Shown here piece after piece: positions 63,649 through 64,000 of a DNA stretch of 64,000 bases. This DNA comes from Paraspadella gotoi. Its lineage: Eukaryota > Animalia > Chaetognatha. The stretch spans positions 28,169,260 to 28,233,259 of the forward strand of contig CM119263.1 in the NCBI GenBank assembly GCA_051294375.1, in the 5' to 3' direction. How positions within the stretch are numbered: position 1 is the stretch's first letter; each line of letters starts with the position of its first letter. The notes beneath the pieces are model-generated. The model was not told the origin of the DNA and did no database searches. It saw only the letters and a list, made by a program, of their open reading frames with translations. Both the position numbers and the translations under genes were made by a program.

Positions 63649-64000
63649 ATATACTAATGTTTAAAGTAAGGAGACAATGTGGCGAGTATATCACTAAGGG
63701 TAGTGAAAGTTACATACGAAAATTCTAAAAGTCAATTATGAACAACATACCATCAGTGAACATTAATTTGTAAAAAAAATTAGTTTTATGTTTTTTTAAT
63801 TTCGATAGTATAAGTACTATCCTTATAAAAATCGAAAAATTTCAAAATAGTCTTTTCTTAATTTTGATTCAGATTTGAATTCCTCGTCAAAAGTTGATAA
63901 AAGAAAATATAAATCATTTTAAAAATTCTTTCATTAAGTGGGTTAAAAATTAAAAAAACTATATTTAATATATAAAAAGTTAATTTTCAGCTTAAAATAT

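Overview
This is AT-rich, intron-dense animal (probably invertebrate) genomic DNA with CpG-rich exons and many (AG/CT)n microsatellites; the organism cannot be identified from sequence alone. Genes, left to right: two tandem paralogs of a family I cannot name (<1-4803 and 5468-10410, +); the C-terminal half of a SynGAP/DAB2IP/RASAL2-family gene (~11093-16721, +); a weakly supported minus-strand gene (~17848-18560); a complete 10-exon glycine amidinotransferase (GATM, 19657-23871, +); a weakly supported convergent gene (~24700-26444, -); a WD40 gene with a GAT-like N-terminus (~42514-51381, +) that carries an intronless SLC35G/EamA transporter antisense in one intron (47131-48090); and a TEX47/DYBLUP-like BLUF-fold gene (51654-58448, -). 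Two large indel-ridden duplications next to 25-N gaps (26908-32816 and ~37198-41420) look like long-read gap-filling or haplotype artefacts. Repeats include hAT-type elements with 8-bp TSDs, a Tc1/mariner-like MITE, a tRNA-derived SINE and a dispersed family of minimal hammerhead-ribozyme motifs of the Penelope type. Exon coordinates were read by eye, and several regions carry apparent 1-nt indel errors. All homology calls are from memory, not from searches.
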